A stretch of DNA of 61,237 nucleotides from an uncultured virus (IMG/VR IMGVR_UViG_3300025870_000001) (IMGVR_UViG_3300025870_000001), one strand, 5' to 3'. Counted from the first letter of the stretch, positions 8,403-16,647 are shown. The notes: a model not told the origin generated them from the letters alone. Numbers and translations: made by a program.

Positions 8403-8591
8403 TTAGTCCATGTCCATGACTAAGAATTCTTTGTCTAACCATTTGCGTTCTTTTTTGTTATACGCTTTCTTGATCTTTTTGCAAACTTTAGATCTTTGTG
8501 TATAACAGTAGAACTCACGCGCATCAGTTAACACATCCCACTCATCACCAGAGTTCATAGGTTTTCTTGGCAGTCTACTATTTCTCTGCAT
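8403..8591 (-). CDS. Small basic hypothetical phage protein
   Basis: 62 aa, AAGGA RBS; lies within the repeat-flanked cassette. Confidence 0.7.
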   Translation of the reverse strand: MQRNSRLPRKPMNSGDEWDVLTDAREFYCYTQRSKVCKKIKKAYNKKERKWLDKEFLVMDMD

Positions 8592-8609
8592 CTAATCTTC
8601 CTTCTATGA

Positions 8610-8687
8610 AACATCTACATGATTAAACATTTTTAATTCCTATTTTAAGTTAAACCTCATCCTCCAGCTCAACTCTTCCTTTCTGTC
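8610..8687. repeat. 78-bp direct repeat, copy 2
   Basis: Identical to 8144-8221. Confidence 0.97.
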
Positions 8688-8817
8688 CACATTTCGGGCA
8701 ATACCAATTGCCCCGATCAATTTTAAAATTACTTCTCATTACTGCATAAGTGAAGTAACACTTACACTGGGCACAAGTAATATGAAAAATATATTCCAAG
8801 TGCGCCGAGAAACTCAT
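8650..8817 (-). CDS. 55-aa zinc-ribbon protein
   Basis: Hand-translated MSFSAHLEYIFHITCAQC...WYCPKCGQKGRVELEDEV; two CxxC. Confidence 0.75.
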   Translation of the reverse strand: MSFSAHLEYIFHITCAQCKCYFTYAVMRSNFKIDRGNWYCPKCGQKGRVELEDEV

Positions 8818-8818
8818 A

Positions 8819-9151
8819 TCATTCTTCTTCCTTGAAACCCATTTTCAGAAGTTTTATGTATTGAAACATATCTTCTGAAAATGGATTATCAATTCCTAAT
8901 TGTCTATCCACAATTGCTTCCAAAACCATATTCATAAAGGCCATTTCCTCATGTAGGCCTTCATCTGTAGATAAAGGAAACTCATAATCATTCGTAAGTT
9001 TATCAATAACATCAATCATAACATGATGACAGATTTGTTCAGTCTCAGAACCATTGGCCAAATAATCATTGATAGAATCAAGATCAATATGTCCACTTTC
9101 TTTCTTTGCACCAAATAATTCTGTTGCATCTATTACGACATTTGTTTCCAT
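8819..9151 (-). CDS. Acidic hypothetical protein
   Basis: 110 aa, TAATG overlap with phoH. Confidence 0.7.
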   Translation of the reverse strand: METNVVIDATELFGAKKESGHIDLDSINDYLANGSETEQICHHVMIDVIDKLTNDYEFPLSTDEGLHEEMAFMNMVLEAIVDRQLGIDNPFSEDMFQYIKLLKMGFKEEE

Positions 9152-9873
9152 TAAGCTATTCCTAATTCCAACTTGTTGATTATATAGTCTTTAACCAAAG
9201 CACTTCTGACAATATCATCTTGGCCAAATTCAATGAATGCGAATTGTGGCATATTTTTAATAATTTTCATAAAATCTAAAACGCCGTCTTTTTCGTCTTT
9301 CCATCTGAAATCAGACTGTCTGAAATCTCCACAGAATAATATTAAACAGTTTTCTCCCATTCTGGTTATCACTGAATCCAATTCGTGAAAATTCATATTT
9401 TGACATTCATCTACTATGATTATACTATCGTAAAAAGTTTGTCCTCGTATAAAAGATGTTGAAGTAAAGTTAATTAAGTTATTCTTTCTTAGACTTTCAT
9501 ATGCAGTGCCACATTCTAATAATTCATTAACTATTGTCTTATATGGTGCTTCATATGATTCTATTTTTTGTTTTTCGGTGCCAGGCAAAAATCCCATATC
9601 TCTAGTAGGAACTACACTTCTTATAATTTGTATTTCTCTGTACATAGATCTGGAAGACATTAATTCTCTCAGCGCAAGATACAGCGAAACGAATGTTTTT
9701 CCTGTTCCTGCTACTCCATGTAGAAATAGGTGGTGGCCATCTTCAAAAGCGTTAAATACTTCTTGTTGAGATGGTGTTGCCGGATAAATTCTTTTTAAAT
9801 CTGAACTCCTGTTATCTAAACCGATGAATCTTTTATTTCTATTAATTTTACTTTTTTTGGATCTTTTGCTCAC
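9151..9873 (-). CDS. phoH: PhoH-family ATPase
   Basis: GVAGTGKT, GFLPG, FIRG.TF, VDECQN, CGDFRQSD, DIVRS. Confidence 0.95.
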   Translation of the reverse strand: MSKRSKKSKINRNKRFIGLDNRSSDLKRIYPATPSQQEVFNAFEDGHHLFLHGVAGTGKTFVSLYLALRELMSSRSMYREIQIIRSVVPTRDMGFLPGTEKQKIESYEAPYKTIVNELLECGTAYESLRKNNLINFTSTSFIRGQTFYDSIIIVDECQNMNFHELDSVITRMGENCLILFCGDFRQSDFRWKDEKDGVLDFMKIIKNMPQFAFIEFGQDDIVRSALVKDYIINKLELGIA

Positions 9874-9923
9874 GCCAGACTCCTTACTCTGTTAGGGGAA
9901 AAGACATGTGAACTTATACCTAT

Positions 9924-10208
9924 TTACGAACCGACCTCTCTTGTAAACTTAGTTTCATTATATGTTTTACCCATAGATTTATCGAAGGCTTTATCCAAAA
10001 CCTTTTCTTTGAACTCTAGGGGAACTTTCGTGACGCCCATGGCGACAGGATCAGCAACCATAGGAGCTTTGGTGATAATCTGTTTTAATTTTTTGGGTTG
10101 AGAGCATTGTGGACAAGAACCTTGTAGGACCTCATCTCTTTCAGAAATTTTACACGAATGTTCATATTCGTGATTGCAATTTGTACATCTAAATGTGTAT
10201 AGTGGCAT
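9924..10208 (-). CDS. FmdB-family zinc-ribbon protein
   Basis: MPLYTFRCTNC...CPQC. Confidence 0.8.
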   Translation of the reverse strand: MPLYTFRCTNCNHEYEHSCKISERDEVLQGSCPQCSQPKKLKQIITKAPMVADPVAMGVTKVPLEFKEKVLDKAFDKSMGKTYNETKFTREVGS

Positions 10209-10354
10209 TATAACCTCATTTCAATATTATAGATGTTAGGCATAAATTTATATTCAAATATACTTTTCCGTTTTTGATTACTCAATATAGAAATACATAA
10301 CGATACTAATATATATGAAACATTAATACCTAACATCCGTGTTTCACGCTAGTT

Positions 10355-10576
10355 TTAATCTTTATTAGAAACAAAAGAATACAATTCTTTAGCCTTAACC
10401 ATAAGTTCTTCCATAGAGTACATTTTATATGCATCTTGGACTTCTTCATAAGTTTTATTACCCTGCTCGTACATATCGTTCATCAACTGAACATTCATAT
10501 GATATTGACTATCCATATAGTCTTTAGCAAGTTTAAGCATATCTGCTCTTATTTCAAATGGGTTCTTATTAGACAT
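10355..10576 (-). CDS. Conserved-looking small phage protein
   Basis: NPFEIRADMLKLAKDY...KAKELYSFV; coupled to upstream ORF. Confidence 0.75.
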   Translation of the reverse strand: MSNKNPFEIRADMLKLAKDYMDSQYHMNVQLMNDMYEQGNKTYEEVQDAYKMYSMEELMVKAKELYSFVSNKD

Positions 10577-10785
10577 TATTTCATTCCCTTCACAAACGCA
10601 TCACCAGTTGCATTTGCAAAATCACTCATAGATTTTACTGCAATTTTTGTGAATGTTGTTTGGGCTTCAATAAAGGCCTTTAGTGGCGCAGACAAAGTTT
10701 CGTCTTTTACTAAAGTGTCAACCATTGTTTTCTTTGTAGTCTGGATATGGTCAATCCAGTAGTTTGTTGTCCAATCATTAATCAT
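10576..10785 (-). CDS. Small amphipathic helical hypothetical protein
   Basis: 69 aa, AGGAG RBS. Confidence 0.7.
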   Translation of the reverse strand: MINDWTTNYWIDHIQTTKKTMVDTLVKDETLSAPLKAFIEAQTTFTKIAVKSMSDFANATGDAFVKGMK

Positions 10786-10811
10786 ATTTTTCTCCTGTGT
10801 GTTTGTGTAAA

Positions 10812-10857
10812 TTCCCCCTAACCATGGGGGGAAGCGTGCTGATTAAGGAGCAACCCT
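10812..10857 (-). ncRNA. Unassigned two-hairpin RNA motif, copy A (candidate cis-regulator)
   Basis: AGGGU-UGCU-CCUUAAUC-AGCA-CGC-UUCCCCC-CAUGGUUA-GGGGGAA; covaries with 15800-15847. Confidence 0.65.
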
Positions 10858-10865
10858 ACAACTAT

Positions 10866-11219
10866 TTAGAAGCTGAATGATGCACCAATGCTAATATCAC
10901 CCATTCCCCACTCATCGTCTGTAGTGGTTTTTGTATATACTTCCAAGCCAGTTACTGAAGTTACTGGTAGTGTTACTTGATATTCCATACCTGTAAATTC
11001 AATATCTTCTAGATCCATAATATTTGGGCCAACTTCTACGTTAGCAATACCAAAATCCCATGTCAAATCAGTTTCAAATGTCAAAGCATTTGTTTCTGTT
11101 TCCATGTTTCTTTCTGCTTTAAATTCACTGTCTAATGATAGACCATTTCCTAATTCAATCGCTGCGGCCGAACTTGCCAAACCAAGTGCAACAACACTTG
11201 CTGTAATAAGAGTTTTCAT
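10866..11219 (-). CDS. Secreted small outer-membrane beta-strand protein
   Basis: Signal peptide, alternating amphipathic strands, C-terminal ISIGASFSF (terminal Phe). Confidence 0.7.
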   Translation of the reverse strand: MKTLITASVVALGLASSAAAIELGNGLSLDSEFKAERNMETETNALTFETDLTWDFGIANVEVGPNIMDLEDIEFTGMEYQVTLPVTSVTGLEVYTKTTTDDEWGMGDISIGASFSF

Positions 11220-11258
11220 TTCTGTATTTCCTTTGTTAAAATTCTTATAAATTAAAAT

Positions 11259-11580
11259 GTCACTACTTCTGTTGCTAGGTGAGTGACCAACCCCCTGTGG
11301 TTATGCTGCTAGAGCAAACTCAGATGGTGCAAAATTATCGTTTGCATTTGTAGTTTGTGGCTGAATAACGTAGGCCAACACGGTAATCTACTCTCATCTC
11401 TACACACCTGTCGATCCTAGTTCGCCCCCATCATAAATGCACTAACTTCGACTACCCATTCGGGCCATCTATGTTCTGCAAAACTTCCTGTTGCAGCAGG
11501 ACGCAGTGCATTTATGGTGGAGGCGTTGGGTACTGCCCCCAAGTCCAGTATGTATGTTGAATCGTATCAACAATTACAAG
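11259..11580 (-). ncRNA. ssrA: Permuted two-piece tmRNA, alphaproteobacterial type; tag ANDNFAPSEFALAA
   Basis: Acceptor piece UUGGG-GGCAGUA-CCCAA-CGCCUCC-ACCA (CCA 11517-11515), paired intervening segment, coding piece GGGGGCG from 11429, tag 11345-11301, terminal GCAACAGA hairpin; ends approximate. Confidence 0.95.
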
Positions 11581-11584
11581 TATA

Positions 11585-11613
11585 CTTATAACATAGTTTT
11601 CCATGTGCGTCAA
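11585..11613 (-). promoter_or_regulatory. Sigma70-type promoter of tmRNA
   Basis: TTGACG-N17-TATAAG. Confidence 0.65.
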
Positions 11614-11649
11614 TAGTTTTTCAACTTTTTAATACACATGGTATTTTTA

Positions 11650-12120
11650 TCACACTATCAGTTCGAAGTGTGGGCCATCAATAAATGGTCTGCGATTTTG
11701 AGAACGGCGCAAATCAATATATGCATTCATTGCATCTTCTGCTGTACCCTCATAAGAACGGATATCACCTTCTGACCATGCTGCTCCCCACTTGACTGCA
11801 ACACCCTTTTCTTCTGCTGCCTGCTTGAACGCATCGCAGATGTTATCGTATACATTAATTTCCCACACAACATCTGATCCATCGTAAGCTACGACATCAA
11901 CTGCATGTGAATATCCACTATCTTGAATAAGGTGTTTTGACTTCATAGTTTGAGAACGTCCAGATGCTACTAATTTTTCTTGCTCTTCGACCGTCCGAAC
12001 ACCATATGTGACTCCGAAATCAACCGAAGTCAATTCGATAGCACGTTCTACGACTGCGACCATATCTGGATGGACACCTTCTAATTTAACCTTTGATCTA
12101 TTTGATAATTTAAATGCCAT
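11650..12120 (-). CDS. M15-family (L-Ala-D-Glu) peptidase endolysin
   Basis: LSNRS..LEGVHPD, GVRT.EEQ, S.TMKSKH, HAVD, WG, FIDGPHFEL. Confidence 0.9.
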   Translation of the reverse strand: MAFKLSNRSKVKLEGVHPDMVAVVERAIELTSVDFGVTYGVRTVEEQEKLVASGRSQTMKSKHLIQDSGYSHAVDVVAYDGSDVVWEINVYDNICDAFKQAAEEKGVAVKWGAAWSEGDIRSYEGTAEDAMNAYIDLRRSQNRRPFIDGPHFELIV

Positions 12121-12122
12121 AT

Positions 12123-12746
12123 CTAATCCTTTTCTGTTTCTATAATATTATCATCTTCATCAACTTCTAATTCATGTTTTGCAAAATCCATACTTATATC
12201 TTCAATAGTAACACTAACATCATAATCATTCCAATTTGGAGTTTCCCCGCCGGGGCTTATATGTTCGTATTCTGTAGATATAGCAAATAGGATATCTTCT
12301 TCGTCTTTCTTTTCTTGATATTTTCCAAGATCAACTACCTTTGCAGTTCTATCTATACCAGACATTCTTTCTGCAATATCAATATTATCTTTCCGTTTTA
12401 GTTCTTCTAAAACACTCTTTAAAACGTTTTGTTCTTGGCTAACTTTTTTTAGAGATGTTACACCATCAACATCTTCTGGAAATAAGTTTGTTTCTCCAGA
12501 AAACCAACCAACATCTTCGCTTGAAAATGTCTTACCGTTATGATTATCTAATCGTAATGTTCCTCTCTTAATAAAATCATAACCAGAACTAATTAAAAAT
12601 TGTTCAACTCGTTCTAAAACATCGCCGATGATCATATCAGAAGCATCAACTGACATGCTCACTCGCATTCCTTCTCTACCATTTTCTCCTTCTACATAAG
12701 AAAACTCGAAATCTGCTTCAAAGGTATCTTCAATATCCATTATCAT
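12123..12746 (-). CDS. Acidic hypothetical protein
   Basis: 207-aa ORF in operon. Confidence 0.65.
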   Translation of the reverse strand: MIMDIEDTFEADFEFSYVEGENGREGMRVSMSVDASDMIIGDVLERVEQFLISSGYDFIKRGTLRLDNHNGKTFSSEDVGWFSGETNLFPEDVDGVTSLKKVSQEQNVLKSVLEELKRKDNIDIAERMSGIDRTAKVVDLGKYQEKKDEEDILFAISTEYEHISPGGETPNWNDYDVSVTIEDISMDFAKHELEVDEDDNIIETEKD

Positions 12747-12749
12747 CTC

Positions 12750-13556
12750 CTATAAATAATTATCTAAACTATTTTCTGCTTTATATCTTGCGATATTGTT
12801 TTTATTGTGTTCCACATCCTTACTATGTATAAAAGGCATTTCAGAACTAATAGTATAACTAGTTTCGCCTGGGCGTTTGATCTTCCATTCTAGATCGGCA
12901 TCTTTGGGATAATTCATATCCCATTCACAAGTGGAATTTCTATTCATATACTTTCTATCTTTTTTGGTTATTGGATAGATATACCTAAATTGTTTTCCCC
13001 ATACTCTAGAAAAACCCAACTCGCCCATTTTTTCATCATTTGGCCTTGGCCCATACTTCAAATCATCACGGCCCATTTCCTTTTTCATTTTTCTTTGTAT
13101 AGTTCTGAAATGAACTTTTTCGCCCTTATCAGTGACATATACATCGCTCCATATAAATCCCCCATGTAAAAAATTAGCAGATTGATAGACATAGCCAGGC
13201 TTGCCTACAATACCATCTGCCCAAGTATACAGAAATTTTATATCTGGAGTATTATCTCTCATCCATTTTACTGTTTGAGACAACATCTGACTCTCTGAAT
13301 TTCTTGGCATAGATTCGTCCATACACATTTTGCCAATTTCAAAATAATCTTTTGTAGTCAATTCTGGAAACATTTTCTTAATTGTTCCCATAGGATTTGT
13401 TCCCCATCCTAATGTCAGCACACCAACTAATACATCTTTATCAAAAAACCCAAGATAGTGTTTAGTCAATCTAGGCATAACAGCAGAATAATGCCTCTCT
13501 GCAACAAACAGAGAGGCTGTATTCTTATGAAGTTTTTTGATATTGAAAGTTACCAT
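12750..13556 (-). CDS. Mom-like (GNAT-fold) adenine modification enzyme
   Basis: RHYS, EIGKM..PRNSES.ML, YTWAD..G..GYVYQSANF pattern of the Mu Mom family. Confidence 0.72.
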   Translation of the reverse strand: MVTFNIKKLHKNTASLFVAERHYSAVMPRLTKHYLGFFDKDVLVGVLTLGWGTNPMGTIKKMFPELTTKDYFEIGKMCMDESMPRNSESQMLSQTVKWMRDNTPDIKFLYTWADGIVGKPGYVYQSANFLHGGFIWSDVYVTDKGEKVHFRTIQRKMKKEMGRDDLKYGPRPNDEKMGELGFSRVWGKQFRYIYPITKKDRKYMNRNSTCEWDMNYPKDADLEWKIKRPGETSYTISSEMPFIHSKDVEHNKNNIARYKAENSLDNYL

Positions 13557-13819
13557 CAGGCATCCTTCATCATGAATGAACGTTGTTTCTTTGGATCGCC
13601 CCAGACTTCACGAGCATTAATTTTAATCTTTCTACGATTAGTTTCATTCTTGTTTGGATTGTCGATAGTCAAAACAACATTCCTACCTTTTGACCACGCT
13701 TGGCGCTGTCTTAGTGCATGTTCCAAAGTACCCTTTGCACGTTTAGTACATCCAGACTTTGCAACATTTCTACGTTCACCTTTAGAAACGTATTGATCTC
13801 TTGATTTTTTACCAGCCAT
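13556..13819 (-). CDS. Basic hypothetical phage protein
   Basis: YVSKGER, AWSKGRNVVLTIDNPNKNETN; coupled overlaps. Confidence 0.7.
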   Translation of the reverse strand: MAGKKSRDQYVSKGERRNVAKSGCTKRAKGTLEHALRQRQAWSKGRNVVLTIDNPNKNETNRRKIKINAREVWGDPKKQRSFMMKDA

Positions 13820-14115
13820 TAACCTAATCCTCTCGCCCAGCTTTGAAGACGTTCAAATCTAAATGAGCGCCATCCTTCTTTTTCTAAATCCCAAACTACA
13901 ATAAGATTATCATCTTTTTCTTTTGGAATATCACCTTCTGCCTCAGTTGGATTATCAGGATATGGAATCATACGTGGATTTGTAGTACACATCATATCAC
14001 GAATAGTTCCATCAGCCTTTTCAAACTTTACAAGGCACTTTCTTTTTGACAGATCTTCCTTTAGTTGACTTCGCTTTGCTTCGTCCACTACTACTTCGTT
14101 TTCGTTTTCCGACAT
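13819..14115 (-). CDS. SH3-fold/WYL_2 (DUF2693)-like protein
   Basis: V.FEKADGTIR.M.CT and VWDLEKEGWRSFR. Confidence 0.75.
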   Translation of the reverse strand: MSENENEVVVDEAKRSQLKEDLSKRKCLVKFEKADGTIRDMMCTTNPRMIPYPDNPTEAEGDIPKEKDDNLIVVWDLEKEGWRSFRFERLQSWARGLG

Positions 14116-14644
14116 CTTTAGTTTCCTTTTTACTTTCTATAACATCATCTCTAATTTTTTCAAAGTGTTTCCAATGTTTGGGTGTATCATTGTAACGTCC
14201 ATTATACAATATATTCCAGTCTTTGTCAATAGAATTCCAATACATCAAATGAAAGTTTTCTGCTTTGGTTTTTGCCTTTGCATATATCATATCGCCAGGA
14301 AATTCTAATTTTTCATAAATTAAAGAATCATCAAACTTTGCCTTGGGTGTTGGTTTTGGATATTTTTTTAAAACTGGTTGTGCGGCCTTGGTTTTGGGTG
14401 GGCGGTCATAATACACAGTTTTATTCTGTGGAATAGTCCACTTTTCATCTTCCTGTTCCAGCGCCTTTTTCTTATCGGCCTCAATTTGTGCCTTTGTTCT
14501 GCGCTTGCGTTTGTTCTTCACTGGAGATTTTTTTGGCGTGTCTTCTTCCAAATGGTCAAAGATATCACGAAACTTTGGTGTCGCTGCTCGAGCGGCTTCC
14601 ATTTCTGCTTTAGTTCTGCGTTTTCGTTTAGGTTTCTGAGTCAT
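14021..14644 (-). CDS. Lys/Arg-rich hypothetical protein
   Basis: Two KRKRRTKA repeats; overlaps next gene by 95 nt. Confidence 0.65.
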   Translation of the reverse strand: MTQKPKRKRRTKAEMEAARAATPKFRDIFDHLEEDTPKKSPVKNKRKRRTKAQIEADKKKALEQEDEKWTIPQNKTVYYDRPPKTKAAQPVLKKYPKPTPKAKFDDSLIYEKLEFPGDMIYAKAKTKAENFHLMYWNSIDKDWNILYNGRYNDTPKHWKHFEKIRDDVIESKKETKDVGKRKRSSSGRSKAKSTKGRSVKKKVPCKV

Positions 14645-14888
14645 CTTTTTTTCTTCCTAACAGATTTTGTTGCTGTTTGTCCAACAACTGGTCACGAATA
14701 TCAACAACACTTTCGTTGTTAACCATATCAATTATTAAATTAGTAAGATTTATTTCTTGATTCAGATAGTATACTTTTTGTTTCAACTTGTCAAGTTGTT
14801 TTAAGTAATATTCCAATTCTTTTTCTTTTCTGACTTTTTGTTCAATATAGTCAGTAAGCAAAATTAATTTTTTTTCTTTTTCGGTCAT
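14628..14888 (-). CDS. Coiled-coil hypothetical protein
   Basis: 86-aa ORF. Confidence 0.65.
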   Translation of the reverse strand: MTEKEKKLILLTDYIEQKVRKEKELEYYLKQLDKLKQKVYYLNQEINLTNLIIDMVNNESVVDIRDQLLDKQQQNLLGRKKDDSET

Positions 14889-14906
14889 TACAATTCCAAT
14901 ATTAAA

Positions 14907-14982
14907 TGGTGCCCGTCGAGAGACTTGAACTCCCGACCTACTGATTACAAATCAGTTGCTCTACCAACTGAGCTAGACGGGC
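14907..14982 (-). tRNA. tRNA-Thr(UGU)
   Basis: GCCCGTC acceptor, ACTGA-TTTGTAA-TCAGT, TTCAA loop, encoded CCA. Confidence 0.96.
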
Positions 14983-15162
14983 CTATTTAAGTGTCATCTC
15001 AATTTTAACCAGTACTACACTACCATCAATTTCCATTGCAGCAAAAGTGTCTGCTTGTTGAATTCCCATTTCTTTAAAATTTTTAGTAGTTGATAAACGA
15101 ATGTTGCCGTCACTATCAGTGTTCCATGTATCTTTATTTGCTGTCACTTGATTTCTCATTAT

Positions 15163-15447
15163 TTACTCCATATTATAAAAAGTATATTCACATGTTATTT
15201 CTTCACCCGACCTAATGTCTCTGGTCGCCACGATAAAGTATCTACTGTCTCTTCTAACCTTTTCTATGTTAGGTTCGCTAGAATGGTTGTAGAATGCGCC
15301 TATAGGGGTTCGTATTAGTTCTTCCCCCCAATGAAAGTGAGACATACCTAATTCAGTACCCTTTGCAATTGGTTTACATGCAAACAGTCCTAGTCCTTCA
15401 ATATCAGAATTATGAATTGTTAAAAAGTCTGGTAAAGGTTTATACAT
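15163..15447 (-). CDS. SET-domain protein
   Basis: S.IEGLGLFA..I.KG, FYNHSSEPN, ATRDI.SGEEIT..Y. Confidence 0.9.
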   Translation of the reverse strand: MYKPLPDFLTIHNSDIEGLGLFACKPIAKGTELGMSHFHWGEELIRTPIGAFYNHSSEPNIEKVRRDSRYFIVATRDIRSGEEITCEYTFYNME

Positions 15448-15459
15448 CTTTTTCTTTCT

Positions 15460-15534
15460 TGGCTCCGGCGGTAGGGGTCGAACCTACGACCAATTGATTA
15501 ACAGTCAACTGCTCTACCACTGAGCTACGCCGGA
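15460..15534 (-). tRNA. tRNA-Asn(GUU)
   Basis: Cloverleaf, anticodon GTT, CCA. Confidence 0.96.
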
Positions 15535-15541
15535 ATGTTTT

Positions 15542-15618
15542 TGGTCGGAGTTAGAGGATTCGAACCTCTGACCCTCTGCTCCCAAAGCAGATGCGCTACC
15601 AGACTGCGCTAAACTCCG
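15542..15618 (-). tRNA. tRNA-Pro(UGG)
   Basis: Cloverleaf, anticodon TGG, CCA. Confidence 0.96.
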
Positions 15619-15799
15619 TTTCTTGTTAAAAGATCGAGAACAACATTTAATTCATAAATTGCTTTATCTAAAACTAAATGTGCAGTTTGATTATCATTCT
15701 TTTTCTTTTCTTCGTGAAGAAACTCTAATCTTACCTTTATATAGTCTTCTGCTTCAGGTTTGCTTCCTCTACGCATAATATATCCTCATTTTATTGGTT

Positions 15800-15847
15800 G
15801 TGGGATTAACCATGATCCCACGCGCACTTATTAAGTTCAGTGACCCT
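15800..15847 (-). ncRNA. Unassigned two-hairpin RNA motif, copy B
   Basis: AGGGU-CACU-GAACUUAAUA-AGUG-CGC-GUGGGAU-CAUGGUUA-AUCCCAC. Confidence 0.65.
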
Positions 15848-15902
15848 TTTGTGTGTCTTCTGCGACATTGCAAGGTAACAACACTTGACCTTTATTAATG
15901 TG

Positions 15903-16105
15903 TAGGTGGGATTTAGGAATACCCACAATTCCAGAATGATACATCCTCTATCAAACTATCTGAAAAGCCTCATATCAAACTAGTTAGGTTTGAAATCTAG
16001 CACTCCCTGTCTCCAGAGTCTACCAGTGTCACTACAACTATGAGCCAAGTTAGGGGCTGTATTACCCCCATTTCCTTGCACTACAATCCCTACTCCGTCG
16101 AGTTT
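15903..16105 (-). ncRNA. ~200-nt structured RNA in tRNA cluster, possibly manA motif
   Basis: Multiple helices, GAGA tetraloop, terminal GUGGG/CCCAC hairpin; immediately 3' of tRNA-Gly; family call from recollection only. Confidence 0.55.
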
Positions 16106-16117
16106 GGATTTTTTATT

Positions 16118-16191
16118 TGGAGCGGATGGAGAGAATCGAACTCTCGGCTTTAGATTGGAAATCTAAGGTATTACCATTATACGACATCCGC
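16118..16191 (-). tRNA. tRNA-Gly(UCC)
   Basis: GCGGATG acceptor, anticodon TCC, U73-CCA. Confidence 0.96.
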
Positions 16192-16192
16192 A

Positions 16193-16504
16193 TTAAACTT
16201 CTATATCTACAAATTCACCTTCCGTATAGGCAGCTGGAACACTAGTTCCATAAGCATCATATCTTGCCATTGCTTGTTCTCTCAACGATTGAATTTCTTT
16301 CATACGTTCTTCAACTTGTCGAGTTTGTTGCAGTTTAAGATCAGTACGTGTAGATGCTTCAACAACACGAATACGTTCCTTTTCCATAGGAGGCATAATA
16401 TGCTCACTATTTGGATAGACATTAGGATGTCCATAAATTTGCGCTTGTATTTTTTGATGCATATCAAATGGCATTCCATTAGTCGGTAGCGTTTTCATTT
16501 TCAT
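16193..16504 (-). CDS. Hypothetical protein between tRNAs
   Basis: 103 aa, AAAGGA RBS. Confidence 0.65.
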   Translation of the reverse strand: MKMKTLPTNGMPFDMHQKIQAQIYGHPNVYPNSEHIMPPMEKERIRVVEASTRTDLKLQQTRQVEERMKEIQSLREQAMARYDAYGTSVPAAYTEGEFVDIEV

Positions 16505-16515
16505 CCTTTCCTAAT

Positions 16516-16592
16516 TGGCCTCCACTAGAGGATTCGAACCTCTGACCTAGTGCTTAGAAGGCACTTGCTCTATCCAGCTGAGCTAAGTGGAG
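16516..16592 (-). tRNA. tRNA-Arg(UCU)
   Basis: Cloverleaf, anticodon TCT, CCA. Confidence 0.96.
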
Positions 16593-16612
16593 TTTTGTTT
16601 CTTACTTAATAT

Positions 16613-16641
16613 AATCTATCATATAAAATATGATTCGTCAA
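16613..16641 (-). promoter_or_regulatory. Sigma70-type promoter of tRNA cluster overlapping a TGATTCG site
   Basis: TTGACG-N17-TAGATT; TGATTCG at 16631-16637. Confidence 0.6.
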
Positions 16642-16647
16642 TAGTTT

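Noticed and set aside
8144..8687. Repeats read as attL/attR of an element integrated in tmRNA
   Set aside because: The duplicated 78 bp come from the zinc-ribbon/exonuclease junction, not the tmRNA 3' end; no integrase in the window
15795..15847. ACCA-ending hairpin as an additional tRNA
   Set aside because: No cloverleaf or T-loop; better explained as copy B of the two-hairpin motif
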